A stretch of DNA of 64,000 nucleotides from Atractiella rhizophila (taxonomy: Eukaryota), in assembly GCA_021432655.1 (NCBI GenBank), contig MU271238.1, positions 1 through 64,000 on the forward strand, written 5' to 3'. The notes beneath the pieces are model-generated. The model had not been told where the DNA came from. It did no database searches and was given only the letters and a program-made list of their open reading frames with translations. The position numbers and the translations under genes were made by a program. Numbering within the stretch: position 1 is the first letter of the stretch; every line of letters starts with the position of its first letter. Below, piece after piece: positions 23,869-37,168 of the stretch.

Positions 23869-26076
23869 TCACCTATCAGTTTTCATTCCAGTTATATCGC
23901 TGGTGGGCAACGTACGCTCTTCATCAACGCTGGTTCTCCTCCTCTTACCATCATTTTTATCCACCTCCTCGTTGTCAGCTTCATAATCATCGCGTGACCT
24001 CTTGGGCGTAATCCTGTGAGGAATCTGAGTGAGAGGAACTGTTACAGGCAACGTAGAGGGGTCTGTGGAGGTGTGCAACTCGACGACCTCAGGCGGCGAA
24101 GCACCATGATTGGTAAGAGTTGTGGTGGGTAATGAGGGGTGAAGAACTATGGTCGCTGGTTAGCTGGCTGATCAGAGAAAAAGAGAACAGAGACGGACCC
24201 TCGTTCAGAATTTCTTCTGGTTCCTGCATCCCATCAGTGTTAGAATCGGTCGTTCCTGTTTCCACCACGTCAACATCATTCACCCAACAAGGATGTAAGG
24301 ACGGACCGTTGTCACCATGACCATTCAATTTTTCACCTCCAACAGTGATGCCGTCCAATTCTTGATACTCATCGCCCTCATCATCCAATTCCTCGTAATC
24401 CACAACCTCATCAGTCGCCCCAGCATTCGAAGGTAACACCTCATCATCTGGGTAATCAACAACATCATCCTCCGCCTCTTTCGTAGCACTATCAATCGTC
24501 GACGGCACCAACTCTTCTTCATCGCCTTCAACCAATTCAGTAGCAAAAGGCTCTTCTGAATATCCTTCTCCTGTCATATTAAAACCCTCTTCAACCTCCT
24601 GCTCCTCCTCTTCTGCATATTCAACGTGATCTTCCACTGCGACCTCTCCCTTCGTAACATCTCCCTCCACCTCGGCGCTTGGCGGTACCTGAGCGTTCTC
24701 CTCATGTTCCACAAAATTCTCTTCTTCATTGTAACCTAGATCTGGATCTTTCGACACCTCATCTGGCGGTGCTGATACATGTGCAGCCGCACCCTTTGAC
24801 GTTGCTATGTCTCCCCCCTGAGTATCAACTGCGTCTTCGTAGACATCCTCAGTTTCACCTGCAAAATAAATAATCAGTGTCGATCTCTCAGATCAAGCAA
24901 GAGAAGAGCCAGACACACCATCTCCACTTGCTGTATCCGCAATTCTTTCTACCAATTTCGCCCAACTCACTCCAAATCTATCTCCTCCAAATGAGAGTTC
25001 GAGGACAAGGATTCCGTCCACTCCGCAGGCGTGATACACACGAACAAAATCTGCAAGGGAGTAGGATTGAGCATGATTATTATCCTATGCAGAGTGCAAA
25101 AATTCGTCAGTATGACTCCTCAGAATAAAGCAAAATTGCGCACCTCACCGATTTCCAAGCCCATCACCTGCGATGTGAGCTTCATCTCTCGCTCTCCCTC
25201 CCTTACGACTCTAAACTCCTCCCCCTCCCCGTCGAGCGCTCCTCTCAGATAGTCCATCAACTCCGCCACAGGACTGTAAAAAAGCTCCTGATCTTCGGCT
25301 GAAGAAAAGAGTACGGGGATATTGTTAGCTGACCAGAAGGAGTCAACCGTCGGCAAGAAGAGGACGTATTTGTGCTCGCCATATTGTACTGCGACGGAGG
25401 TAAGGGGTTCTGAAGGCGGTGGGAGTGTCGAGGTGGAAGCGACGGGCTCGGTAGTTGGCTCTCCGTCCTCGGGTTGGGTGTCATCAGCAACTCCCGCCGG
25501 TAATGCTGCTGTCTGGATTGTTGGGTGTTCCGAGACTGTGACTGTAGGCGTTGGCTCGGCTACTGTTGTGGCGGCGAGAAGGGCATCTGACACCGGAAGA
25601 GAAATGGGGGGAAGAGGAACAGTAGCTGCAACCGCCGCCTCGTCCGTCGTGGAATTGTGAATAGAGACCTCAACGAAGGAATTCTCAGTCTCTACTGTGG
25701 TTGCCTCTGGTGCACCGGCTCCTTCTCCTCCTTCTCCTCCAGCACCCTCTGCATCAACGAGAGCATACTCCGCCACCTCTCCTCCAACTGTTGTTTCATC
25801 AAAGGATACGATATTCTCAAATCCCTCCGTCTCCTCGATTCCCATTTCCTCATCACCAACAGCGGCGAACCCACCGGTCTGTTCTACCTCTCCCTCTCCC
25901 TTCCCATCGCTCTGCATCTCCAAATCCTCATCGCCCTCCGCATCTTCCTCATTCGTCATCTCAGCATCCACCTCTTTCCTGGGCGACGAAGACATGTCCT
26001 GATCAGCTGAGTCGAAGGGGACAGGAGCGGGAGAAATGGCCATTGCTGGATTCGGGGAAAGGATTTCCATCGACAT
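23869..26076 (-). CDS. Acidic (Glu-rich) nuclear protein, DUF2420-like central domain
   Basis: Spliced core 'FYSPVAELMDYLR..MGLEIGE/DNNHAQSYSLADFVRVYHACG..LVLEL..RF'; Glu-rich arms; C-terminal KRSR..KRRRT NLS-like motif. Confidence 0.65.
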
Positions 26077-26648
26077 TGTCACGTCCGTGTCGTATTCGCG
26101 GTCTCAGAATACAGCAACCAGTGGAGCGTTTTTCAAACACACTTTCCGGTTTTCCTGTAGATATTCGGTCCTACAAACCGTAAACTTGAAGGAGTTTGAG
26201 CGCTCTGTAGCCTTAGATATCGCTTTTTCGGATGATCTGTGCCCTCGCAGAACTTCGTCGATTTCGTTGGTTTTTTCGCGCACGTCCAAGGGAGCAACCC
26301 AACCTATTGTTGCAAAAGTGACTTTAAGCTGTTCGAAAGGTTGAGCAACAACTAATACGAGTGAATAATTTGAACGCTATAAAACTGTGGTTTCAGCAAA
26401 TGCGAAATGGTTGCCTGAGTGCTCCAGTGACTCAGTACTCCGGCGGACTTTTGTCTTCCGAAGCAAGAATGCGAAGAGTCCCGCAAAATGACGTCTGTTC
26501 ATGTTCTCATCACATCGTCACGCGTCAGTATAAAAACAAACGCTTGATTTTAGAATTCCCTTCTCTTTCCACCAATTTCCAACCAACCAGCAGCCCAGCA
26601 GAAGCAGCTCAGCATACCTGTAAATTATAAGGAGCAGACAAAGCAACA

Positions 26649-27715
26649 ATGGCCGATGAATCTGCGAGCAAGCATCTCCTTATCAAGGTGCGTCCTTCTC
26701 CCTCGGTTTGCCTTCTGGGTGGGATCTCAAGGTACTTTTCGGGATCCTGTAATACAGATCGTGAACGTTCTTGTGTTCCTCTTTTTCTTCTCGTCGAACG
26801 TGTATGGGTCCTTCGAACCTGCTTTCGGCCACAAGACGACGTACATCACCCCTGCTCGTACGCCTTGTTTCCTTCTTTCTTTAGCTAGCTAGAATAATTC
26901 GTCCTGACGCCCGTCTCAGACCACACGTTCTACATATGGACGATCATCGACCTCCTCCTCCTTGGGTTGGTCATCTTTCAGTTCTTCCCCGCTGGTACCG
27001 AAGCCGTCGGTGATGTGATTGGTTGGAAATTCGCCATTGTCGGTATCCTGAACGGGATGTGAGTTTTCTATCTGTTTCTGCTTTATCAGGTCGGATTGAT
27101 TGTGATGCACAGCACTGGATACACTCTTGCTGGAGGCCATCCCATTGTTGCTTTCATTTTCGCCCTTTTGACGGCAGTCACCATCTCATCCGCCTACTAT
27201 GACCTGAAGACGAAGTCTGCTCCATCCTCGACCTCCGCACCGACTGCCAATCTCATCTTCGTTCACCTCCCCTTCTCTCTCTGGCACGCTTATTCGATTG
27301 CCATCCTCGTCCTCTCCATTTTCACCGCTTTTGGCCGGGACGCCAGCGGATCGCATGGTGCCGGAGTCGGGACGAAAGTCAGCGCTGTCATTGCGGTCGC
27401 TTGGCTTGCGGCTACATCGATTGGATATGCCCTGCACAGCGCGAAGGGAGACGTTGCCGGCGCTATTGTCATCGCTTGGTTCCTCGAGGGCATCTTCCAG
27501 AACTCTCACGTCGACGTCATCCGCTGGGCCGCTCTTGCTGCTTTCATTATCTCACTGCTCGCGATTGTTAAAGTACGCCTTAGTTTCTCTCTCATTCACG
27601 ACATGCCGAGGATTGACTGTGAAAACAGGTCGTCGTCTTCCTCTTCAGGGAACCTAAGGTCGACAACATTGTCGCTGCTGAGGACGATGAAAGGGCACCT
27701 CTCATTGGTCATTAA
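26649..27715 (+). CDS. Conserved fungal multi-pass membrane protein (TspO-like/DUF1774-like)
   Basis: Exons: 'VNVLVFLFFFSSNVY..TYITPA', 'FYIWTIIDLLLLGLVIFQFF', 'FVHLPFSLWHAY', 'GDVAGAIVIAWFLEGIF'; C-terminal ERAPLI dileucine-type motif. Confidence 0.7.
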
Positions 27716-27942
27716 ATTACTTCTCCCTCGCAAGAAGGAGAAGAACGGTATTTGCTGCTTGCTTGCTTGCTGCCCCAATGTTCAACAACTCCGGCTACGA
27801 ACTAAAGAATGAAAGTGAATGAACTGAGAATGAATTTTAAGTTTCAGAATATTCAAAATTTGTGTCCCTGTTCTTGTTGAGTGAAGATTGAATGAACGCT
27901 TTCCATTGTATTGTTACAACATTTTGAATCTCAATGGAATAA

Positions 27943-29078
27943 TCATATTCCTTCTCTCACGGCATTATTCGTCTCCTGTTTTGAATGGTTCCAAGCTACA
28001 CAATCTGCCCACGTTATGCCGTCCCCACCGAAAATGTCGAGCGCGCTCCCAAATGTGAGGTCTACCTTTCCTTCACTCATACGCTCTACTGCCTGTAAGT
28101 CACTCAGATCTGTCCTTCGGAGTGTTTAGCAGGATTCTATAAGTGAAGGAAGAACACTCACGCCTCGCTCCTCCTGCATATGTTACAGGTATCGGTGACA
28201 TCTCTGCCAGTAGCTGGACGAGAGGCAGATCAGGACCGACTTGAAGACCTTCTACGGAGGTGGAATGGATGAGGAATTCCCTGTCATCGATATGTAACAC
28301 GATAAAAGAATCCCGTAGACAGACGCACGAGCAGTATGGTGCGAGATCGCTTAAGATGGTGGATGATCGAGAGATGACGGAAGATGTAAGAGTCGCCCAT
28401 CCATTTATGCAGACGGTCCATTCGCTATCAGACGTGCGTTTACACCTTTCTTTCCCACAATTCTTATAAGATCTTTTGGGAGTACTGGACAGAGGAGAAG
28501 GGAGACTGACGAAAGGTCTATCACTAGTTGTTCCTTTGGCACGGCCTCGCTGAGTTTGCGCAATCGCACTTGAGAAAGTTGGCCATCGGGAAAGAGGTAC
28601 GATGTTACTATCACCTTACACCTCTGTCATCATCGCAATCAAAAGATGGGAACGAACAGTCGCACTTTGGAAGCCCCTTTAGCAAGCCAATTGACAGCGT
28701 TTTCAGCCGTTATACCTCCTCCAAGTTGGAGGCCGCCTGTATTTCCCATAAATTTAACGAAGTAAATATCCATGAAGCAAGAAGGACGGACTAGGCCACG
28801 CTTTGAGGGCTTCTTCTGCAGCAGCATCGTTGCCTGGTCCCAGCTTGATAACGTGAGCGCCTTGCATATTGTCTTTTTTATACAGCTCCGCATAGTATGC
28901 AGGAGGCTTTCTACAATATCTTGAATCAATTTTGCATGGAAGGAAGGGAAAAGACAAACGAGGAGATGAAGTTGGTTTGAAGGCTTAAGCTGGATGGATT
29001 TTGGAGGTCTAAGCTTGACCCTACAATTTGCTTGACTACTCCAGAGTGGAGGTCGATGCAAGGACGGACGAGAGTCAT
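27943..29078 (-). CDS. HIS6: ProFAR isomerase (histidine biosynthesis)
   Basis: [75 protein letters not shown]. Confidence 0.95.
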
Positions 29079-29541
29079 GATAGCAGCTGGATTTCGACAG
29101 GATTTCGATGATCCAATGTCAATGTTACAATGTTATAGTGTCATGGCGGCAATGCCTAGTTATGAAACAGGAAGGCAAACACCGACGGACCAGAAAACGC
29201 CTCAACACTGTCACAGCGAAGCGACAGCTTTCAGTCACAATGCTAGATATTATGTCAGTAGACATTAACTAGTATGCTTTCCGCCCTGTTATGTAATTCA
29301 TCAGCTACGGGAAAGCAAGATTGTTGTTTCAATTTCCTTCCTTAAGGACCATCAGACGTTTGACCGTATTCTCTCATTTTTCCGAGAATTCGAGGAAGCA
29401 TTTGCTTGTAATGTGCACTTATGGCTCCTGCAATTTTAGGCAGTCACTGGCGGGGTGGAGAACCGTTCACAGGCTCTTCACAACAAAAAAATGCATGTAA
29501 ACATTTCGCGATCGCTGTGTATCGCTTGCCTTTCCACCATT

Positions 29542-30570
29542 CTATAAGGGTTTTCGCCCAGTACAGATTAAGCTCATAAACTCGAATTCAAATGGAGTAT
29601 CTTTGCCGTATCGTTCTTCCAGCACTTGCTCGATAGATTTCTTCACCTGGTCCTTCAATTCCGAATCTGCCTTTTGTTCTTCGGACCATTGCATCGTAAT
29701 GAAGTTTAGGATCATTGTATTCTCGTAAACGTATGCGTGTGCACTGTCCACCTTCATCATGCACGGGAAAAATTGGACGTCAACATCCTCGAGAGAGAAA
29801 GGAGGTGATCTGAGAAGGTTGGCCACCCATTCCGTGGAGTGCCAGTCGCCGGTTTTGATCCAGTTTATGTTCGGATCGGCGAGCGGTAATGAACCTGGGA
29901 GGCGCGAAACGGCTTCTTTCACTGGTGGGAACCTAGGATGGGATGTGAGGATTCCTTCGTTTCTCACATCGGAAAATCCACCCACCATCCTATATGATTC
30001 CAAGTAGTAAACCCAATTATTCCCCCAGGCTTGGTCACTCGAATCGTTTCTGCAAGGAAGAAGACATGAATAACCTGTTTCTGATCACCAGCTGCTTCCT
30101 ACCTTGTAATGCCTTCATTGGATGCGGAACAGTAGAAATGCAAAAGTTGGTAATTGTATGCGAGAAGTGATCTGAAGGCAGTTCGAGGTCCTGTGCGGTC
30201 TTAGACCGCAATCATCAAGTGGAGGGATACGAACCATCACGTCCAAGATGGCTGTTTGCACCTTACTCCATCCCTCTTCTTCTATTCTCTGTTTCACAAT
30301 TGTGATCATGGGCTCACTAATATCAGCAGCAGTGACCTCAACATCCTTGAAAACCTCTTCATTTTTGATCGCGGCCGTGATGACGCCGGTACCACAAGCG
30401 TTGTCCAGAATCTTGAGATTTTCAGGCGAAGGGAGAGGCAGAGAAAGGATTCCGCTTTGCTCGAGGAGTCGAACACCAGCGGAGGCCGTTAACCCTTCAA
30501 ATTTTCGAAATTGTTGGGCCACTTCTGGCTTAGAATATATATCTGGAATCGTCTTACTTCCGCTGCTCAT
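29542..30570 (-). CDS. Class I SAM-dependent methyltransferase
   Basis: Motif I ILDNACGTGV, post-I ADISEPM; C-terminal ICTGRKPL. Confidence 0.85.
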
Positions 30571-31021
30571 TTTTCTTGACCAATTGTTTCGTTGCTTGCT
30601 GCAAGTTGATTGGTGATATCCTTTATATCCTACTTACACCTCGGTCAAATCGCATAGCCATCGTTTGCCAACGATGTTGAAACGTGTGCTATCATGTTTT
30701 CCTGCGTAACGACTAGTCGCCGCGCGACATCGCCGTCTTCATTCATACGAGTCACTGTCGTTCTGTGTCTCAAGAGGACATGGGTTCATCAGTCAAGTTC
30801 AAAGTGCTGATGCATGAGACAGCTTTAAGGAGAATTCAAGGAGTAGATACATTGGGTTACGAGCTTAGTGATGGATATGAGGATTGAGAATGGGATAATG
30901 TAATACGACAAGAATGCATTCCAATTTAGATTGATTCATCCACCGTCAGTCAACACTAATGAACATTTACCAATAATCAGCATGTCTTGTATCGACTTCC
31001 GTCGTCGCCTTCGTTGCTCCA

Positions 31022-31713
31022 TCAATGGTGATCTTCCACATGTGCGAACCTGCCAAAGAGCGTCTCTCCAATTCCCAAGCCTAACAACACCGCAATAAAC
31101 CACCATACGTTCCCCATCATGACGGCCAACATGAGAAGGTAGCCAATTCCACTCTGAAGAATCTGAAGCAGCCCTCTAGGGATATCATGGGCCGCGATGA
31201 AAGGAGTGAGGCGACTAGGAGCACGCGTCTTCTCCCTCGAATCCGAAGTCGTCGAATCCACAGAGGCAGAACCAGCACTTTTCCGTTGAGTCGCAGCCCC
31301 ATCAATGAGTCCGACAGCACTCGCTCGACCGCTCGAAGCTTCGATAGCCTGAAGGCGCATAACTCGTCCTTTGACTGCCCATTGGTGATCGAGCTGCGTT
31401 CGAACGGCAGAGAGGAGACGCGAGAAGACGGCGAGGAGGGCGAGTCCAAAAGCAGACGCGAAAGTCGTACCTGCGCTCGTCGGGATCCAGCCTGCGAACC
31501 AGAGCTGATCTCCTCCGATTCCGGTGTGGAATTGACCCATGAGGGCGCTGTTCATTCGAGGGATGACGTGAGGGATTTATGCGCAGTGGTCTGCACAAGA
31601 AAGACTTACTTGACGCTCATAGTCGAACCGTCAGACATGGAGCCACCATGATCGTGAGCTTGAGAGAAGGGGATGAGGGAAATGGAGAGCAGGATCGTTA
31701 AGAAAGAAATCAT
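31022..31713 (-). CDS. Ctr-family copper transporter
   Basis: Signal-like N-terminus, then His/Met-rich HDHGGSMSDGSTMS; LWFAGW; TM2 MxxxM (YLLMLAVM); TM3 GxxxG (GLGIG); C-terminal HH. Confidence 0.92.
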
Positions 31714-31860
31714 TTTGCTGTTCATGGAGGTCAGAACTTGGAGCTTGTGGTGAAAGGGAAGAGGCGAGGCGTACTTTGCGATTATGGTTGCGAATCCGTT
31801 TGGCTGCTACAATTTTGGGGCAGATTGGGGGGAAATGTGGGCAGGGAGAAGATCAGACCC

Positions 31861-31973
31861 TTTTATAGGACGTTCTGCGTAGCTATGCTGACAAGGGGAG
31901 ATCGGGGTCGTGAGATGGTCGTAGTTTTAAATCGCACCTTCCCGGTTTCGTTGTCCGGAAGCAGCTGAGCAAA
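31861..31973 (-). promoter_or_regulatory. Ctr promoter: TATA box and Mac1-type copper-response element
   Basis: Minus-strand TATAAAA at 31861-31867; minus-strand TTTGCTCA (yeast CuRE consensus) at 31966-31973. Confidence 0.5.
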
Positions 31974-32150
31974 AGGTCCTGATCTTTTTATCGGCTTCAA
32001 CGGCAGTTTGATCCAGCATTTTGGACATACCGTAGACATACTCCAGTAGTCCAGTTCATAATGTGCTTCACAATAAACAATGTTAAACAGTCATGACATT
32101 TATCATTTCTTTTCATCGTCCCAAAATCAGCATCATGGTTCTGAAAGTGT

Positions 32151-32889
32151 TTACATGAGAGCCATCACTCCGGCAGCGACGAGTGCTGCAAGGCCTGCAA
32201 CCTTTGCATCGACCTGCGTATTCCTGAATGCCCAACTGCCACCGCCAGTGTTTCCAGAAGCAGGTGCGTCTCCTCCACCTGTGCTGTTCGTGTTAGTGGC
32301 GGTTGAATTAGCACAGGTGATGTTAGACGCGGTATATTCAGTGGAAAGGGTAACATCGGCGCATTGGTATCTGTCATTCGCCATTAGCTCCCAATCTCGA
32401 CAAAGAGAAGAGACTCACAGAGGTCCGTCCCCTCCGTTATAGACGACCTGAATAGTGGCGTTTGTCCCGTTCGCGAAATCTGAGACTCCGAGCGAGGAGA
32501 TATCGACGTTGATGCAGAATTCTCCGGCATTAGTGATGTCGAAGAAAGGCTTGAGAGGCGGGATTGTGGCACCAGAGGAGGTCACGTTGAAGACGCTGAA
32601 ATTTTGCGGGTTCGGGTTGGGCGAAATGATGATTTCGACCTTCGCGGCGTCGTGATGGGAATCAAAGAGGATTGGTGCAGGACCTACGCCACAGCATGAG
32701 CGTAGGAAAGAAAAGTATTGGAGGAAGAAACGAACCAAGAGGGAAGACGGTGCGTCCGGTTACATTTGGGAAACCGCCGCAAAATTGAGGCTCGATGTCG
32801 TCGTCAAACCCACGACTCAGAGGGAAGTCGAGGGTAAAGTGCGCAAGCGCAGTGGAAGAGAAAGCAAGAGCAGCAGCGAGACGCATCAT
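32151..32889 (-). CDS. BIM1/X325-like GPI-anchored His-brace copper-binding protein
   Basis: Signal peptide MMRLAAALAFSSTALA followed directly by HFTLDFPLSRGFDDD; FCGG; second His in DSHH; GEFC; NATIQVVYNGGDGPL/YQCADV; Ser/Thr/Gly stalk and hydrophobic GPI signal. Confidence 0.88.
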
Positions 32890-34061
32890 TTTGAATATCT
32901 AACTATCGTTGACCGGATGTTTTCGCGTAAGCCGAAAATGGACTGGGATCTTCGAGTTGATCTAAAAGATGGGGGGACAAATTGGGAGGACCTCCCCCTT
33001 TTATGGACCACTGGAAGCGGCCGAAGGAGCCGGAAAGAGCAGCTTCTTGATCGCGATGCACGCGCTCTCCGATCATCGTCGTGGAGAACATCTCATGGAC
33101 CCTCCAAGACTGATGGTGTCATGGTTCTTCTCATCGGTCCACCGCCTTTCCATCGATACCCACCCAACGTTTTTGGCAGCCACAGAGGTTTCGTTCGATC
33201 CTTACAAGCTTCTAGCCTTTGAGGGAGAGCGCTGATGTAAGCGTGAGTCGGGGGGAGGGAGGGTGAGGGAGGAGTGCCGCAGAAATCGCTCTGAGCGGTT
33301 TGTGCGCGGGAACACAATAAGCTCACGCTCACTATGACCGTAGTCCATCTCCGCCCGGAATGTTAGTCCTCAGCAACTTCACTGGTTTTTTTATTGGTGG
33401 GCACTCATGAAACATGAAACAATGTGTAGCGAATCGTGTCCGTATTTCGTCACCTCTGTATCTTCATTGAGTTTCGTTGAAATGTGGACCACTTGGGAGC
33501 TGAGCAGCCACACATCTGTGTCTCCTTGCACGCTGGCTGTGAGTAATCTTGTCGTAAAGGGGTAAGATTACCGCCATTCGCGCTAGAAGTAGGAATTTTG
33601 ATTACCTCACAGGCTCCTTTCTGGAGGACTCCCTTATACTAGTTTCGGACCCCCGAACTCCGTCAGGGGGGCCATGTATTCATAACAGGATGGTCTCATC
33701 GTCTCCAGATTGGAATTAGATGGACGCAGCTCGTTGAGAAGAAAGTCTCCCGATAATCAAGCGGCTTCTGCGAAACGCTCACGGATCTGACAGTTTCAAT
33801 GGACCTCTTGCTGTCATCAGACACGACAGATCTTCTCAGAATTATTGAGGCTGAATCGCTGAATACTGAGTTTTAAGTGCATTGTTCACAGCCTAATGGT
33901 CCAAATCTTTTTGAAATAACTTTCTTCACAACATGAGTTATATTAGCGTCACTAGAATGCTGCACTTCAGGTACTTCCTGAGATTCTTACAAGAAATCAC
34001 TCGACTGCAATCATGAGAATAGAATGCCAACTGTTTGAACGTGCCTGTGTCACTGGGCTAG

Positions 34062-37000
34062 TTATCGTATACGCATCTTCCGACAACCACAAAATATGCA
34101 GGCCTTCAACACTCCCAATGCGCGATCCTCGAAGGTCTGATCGACATCCATTCTGGAATCTTGTCCACCGCCCTCACCTTGAATATCAGCCGCGCTGAGC
34201 AAGCTCTTCCTACCGCATCCCGTGCATGTTCCATTCTTCGTTCCGACAATCACTTTCAGGGTGACAGAGCACCGATCTACACGTCTGCGTCAGATTTTCC
34301 CAATTTTGCGCAATGGAGGAAACATACCCCATATGTGCCCATCGGGACAGCGTGCATACCGCAGGTGCTGAAAAGGGATGCTGCTTTCGCAAGCAGGACA
34401 CAGATCATCCTCTCTCTCATCTGACGAATCTGGAGTTGCTGTGAAGGCATCTGGATCGACGGGATCGAGAGCTCCAGCTTGTAAGGCAGTCGTGGTTCTT
34501 TGAAGTCTCAACAGCAACTGCTGATCCTGCCCTGCTCAAGTTGTTCAGTAAGACAAACAATCGATAAAGAAAACGTACACTGTAATATGTCGGCAGCCTC
34601 GGATTGCAGGGCGGAAAGCAGGCGCTGATATAGACATCGATTCATATTCGTCCGCAGTTTGTACGTGAGCGTCTGAAGTTTGGTCTTGAGCTCGTCGTCA
34701 ACTTGACATTTGTCCTGCATTTCTTTCAATTCATCTCTCTTGACCTTTCCAAGTGTAAACCGTACCAAGATAAATTTCGCCAAGCATGTCACAAGCCTCA
34801 GGCTCTGTAGCTCCTTATCCAGAAGAATGAACTTGATCAGATTGTCCTCAAACATTCCCCTTTCAGGCTGTGTATTGTGAGAGGCTATCGCAGAAAATTC
34901 TTGGGCGACGTTGAGAAACTCTCGCAAAACTTGGGGATCTGACATGTTTTGTGTGAAGTAAAGGAGATACGGGAAGAGAGTGAGCGCGGACGACTCCTGG
35001 ATGACTAGTGTGATAGGTGAGCTGTAAACACTGAGTCAAAAATCGGCATACGAGTAGGAGGCTTTTGAAGTAAGGCTGATAGCTCGTCCTTTACGCTCTT
35101 CGGTCCTCCAAAAAGGTTCGTGGTCATAATCGTTGTTCTTTCCAGCTTATCGGCTCTATAGCCCAAGCTCTGCGGTCGTTCCTTCCTGAACCCTTCTCGA
35201 TTCCTTTTTCGAGCAGAACCAGAGTAAACTTACTTATAGATGTACCATGCCAGGCTACAAGGCCCTGATACAAACCCGAAACAACGCATCAAATCCCTGC
35301 TTCCGAAACCTTTCACTTTATTCCAGTTCTGTTTTTCCACCTTGAGGAGTTTTTCCTTCTCGATAGTTTCGAACTGAGAGCGAATAAACAGTGAGAGAGT
35401 TTGCGAGCTAGAGTCATCTATAGTGAGCTCAGGAACGGAGACGACGTAAGTCAGAGCTGAAGAGAGCGTTGTAAGGAGAGTTTGGGATTGTACTGAAAAG
35501 TTTAAGCCTGACGTTCCCGTTTAGTGACACCTCCCTGACGGAGCAATGCCGTACCCACGATAGGAGCCCAAGGTGATGCTCCATCCCACGAACCCATTGA
35601 TGGCAAATCCAAGCTACGAATACTCTGCAAGTTATTATTCTCGAGATCTTCATGGTTCTCCCACGATGCGAGGTGTACCTGGCCAACCTTGGAGAATACT
35701 AGCCTTACGCACTAAAAAGCTGGTATTAGTGATGAGGCAGCAGAGGGAAACCACTAGTAAGCGCACGTCACCATCAATAATCCATTTGAGAGATGTGACC
35801 GTTCTATCATCCCGACCATGAATCTCTTGCACGTCCCGCGTTTCCCACAGGTTTCGACCTTCCTGTAAGGAGAAAGTAATCTTCAAAATGAAGACATGAC
35901 CGAATGAAGTTGAAATAGCGACATAATTGACGCGGTCTGTCGAGAATTCAGGACACTGTCTGCGGCAGAAGAAGGACAGACTGTTAGTAGAGGAGACGAG
36001 CCACTCATCCATCCAAGCCAAACCAGTGATCCAACCTTGTAACCCTTCAGGTCTCCAGAAGGAGAGCAGATCAAAATCAGAGCGTGAAGCGCACCTAGAA
36101 CCCGATGGTCAGCTTTCAGCCTTGACAGTAATATAAATATGTACTTCCATAACGCCAAATCTCCCGACTTTTGAGCCAAAAGCAGAAGGTTTTCCTGCCC
36201 GTGAGTCAAGGCAGGTGCCCAGGCAAGCGCTGCTGCGATGTTACAACTGTAAGGCACGGGTTAAGACCACGCACCGACGGTCTGAGCTCTTTTCAAAGCA
36301 CCAGCTCGAATTAAAGATTCTTTCGCACTCTCAACTTCTCCTGTGAAGTTGTTTTTGTCAACAATGGAGAGCGATCCAAGTCCTGTATCGCTGAAGGCGG
36401 AATCGAGGAGTAGAGGAGTCAATGTTGCGGACTACATGGGTGAGAACTGCCTCACACTCTGAGGCAAGAATTACCTGTATCCATTCGCCACGATGAGCGT
36501 TCTTGGAGGGACTGTATATCAAGACGTCGTGGTTCGTTGTTAACGCAGCAATTATGCACCTTTAGACAAATACTCAGCTCGCAATCCTGTTTGCGAGACC
36601 GCACACCTACGTTCCTAAGGGAGAGATGAATGACGGCGAAGGAATCGCCATTTTCCAAGCAGGTTCAACCGGTCCTTGAGAAACGCTTCGTGGGTCTATA
36701 TAGAAGCACGTTACTGATGACTCTTTTGAAAGATAGTGGAGAGCAAGGGATATGCACACCATTGGAGTAATTTTCCCAGGTCGTGAGGGTATCCCTCGTC
36801 ATAATCTCAATTTCCGTCTTGAAGCATTCGAAGTCCTCTCCAGCAAGCTCGAACTCTGCAAGCTCGTCCTCTTCTTCCAAATCAGCAGCTGCCGCCGCAG
36901 AAGGCAACTGAGTTTTATGGACAAGCTTGGAAGGCAAGTTTGCAACGTCTGCTCCGAGAAACAAGGATGGTGTCTGGGTTTGAACTCATTAGAGAGAAAA

Positions 37001-37168
37001 TGGATTGACCCCATGATGTGTGCTTACGACTATGTAGATGGAGCGGTTTGTGGTAATAATCAAGGAACCATCCGCTGTGAGCTGCAAAGGGCCGGATGGA
37101 TAAGAAGGGAGGACGAATGGTGAATAAGTGTGGGACTTGGAGTAGTAAATGTGAGTTGACTCTGCCAT
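34062..37168 (-). CDS. RNA polymerase III factor TFIIIC subunit (tau91/TFIIIC-delta WD40 + zf-TFIIIC; Tfc8/GTF3C4-like)
   Basis: N-terminus 'PSYPSGPLQLTADGSLIITTNRSIYIV/TP'; WD-like exons; C-terminal Cys cluster CPAC..CPDGHIW..CTGCG..CIFCG. Confidence 0.7.

Noticed and set aside
29542..30570. Methyltransferase as part of the copper locus or a biosynthetic cluster
   Set aside because: Only adjacency supports it; there is no backbone enzyme and no CuRE seen in its promoter.
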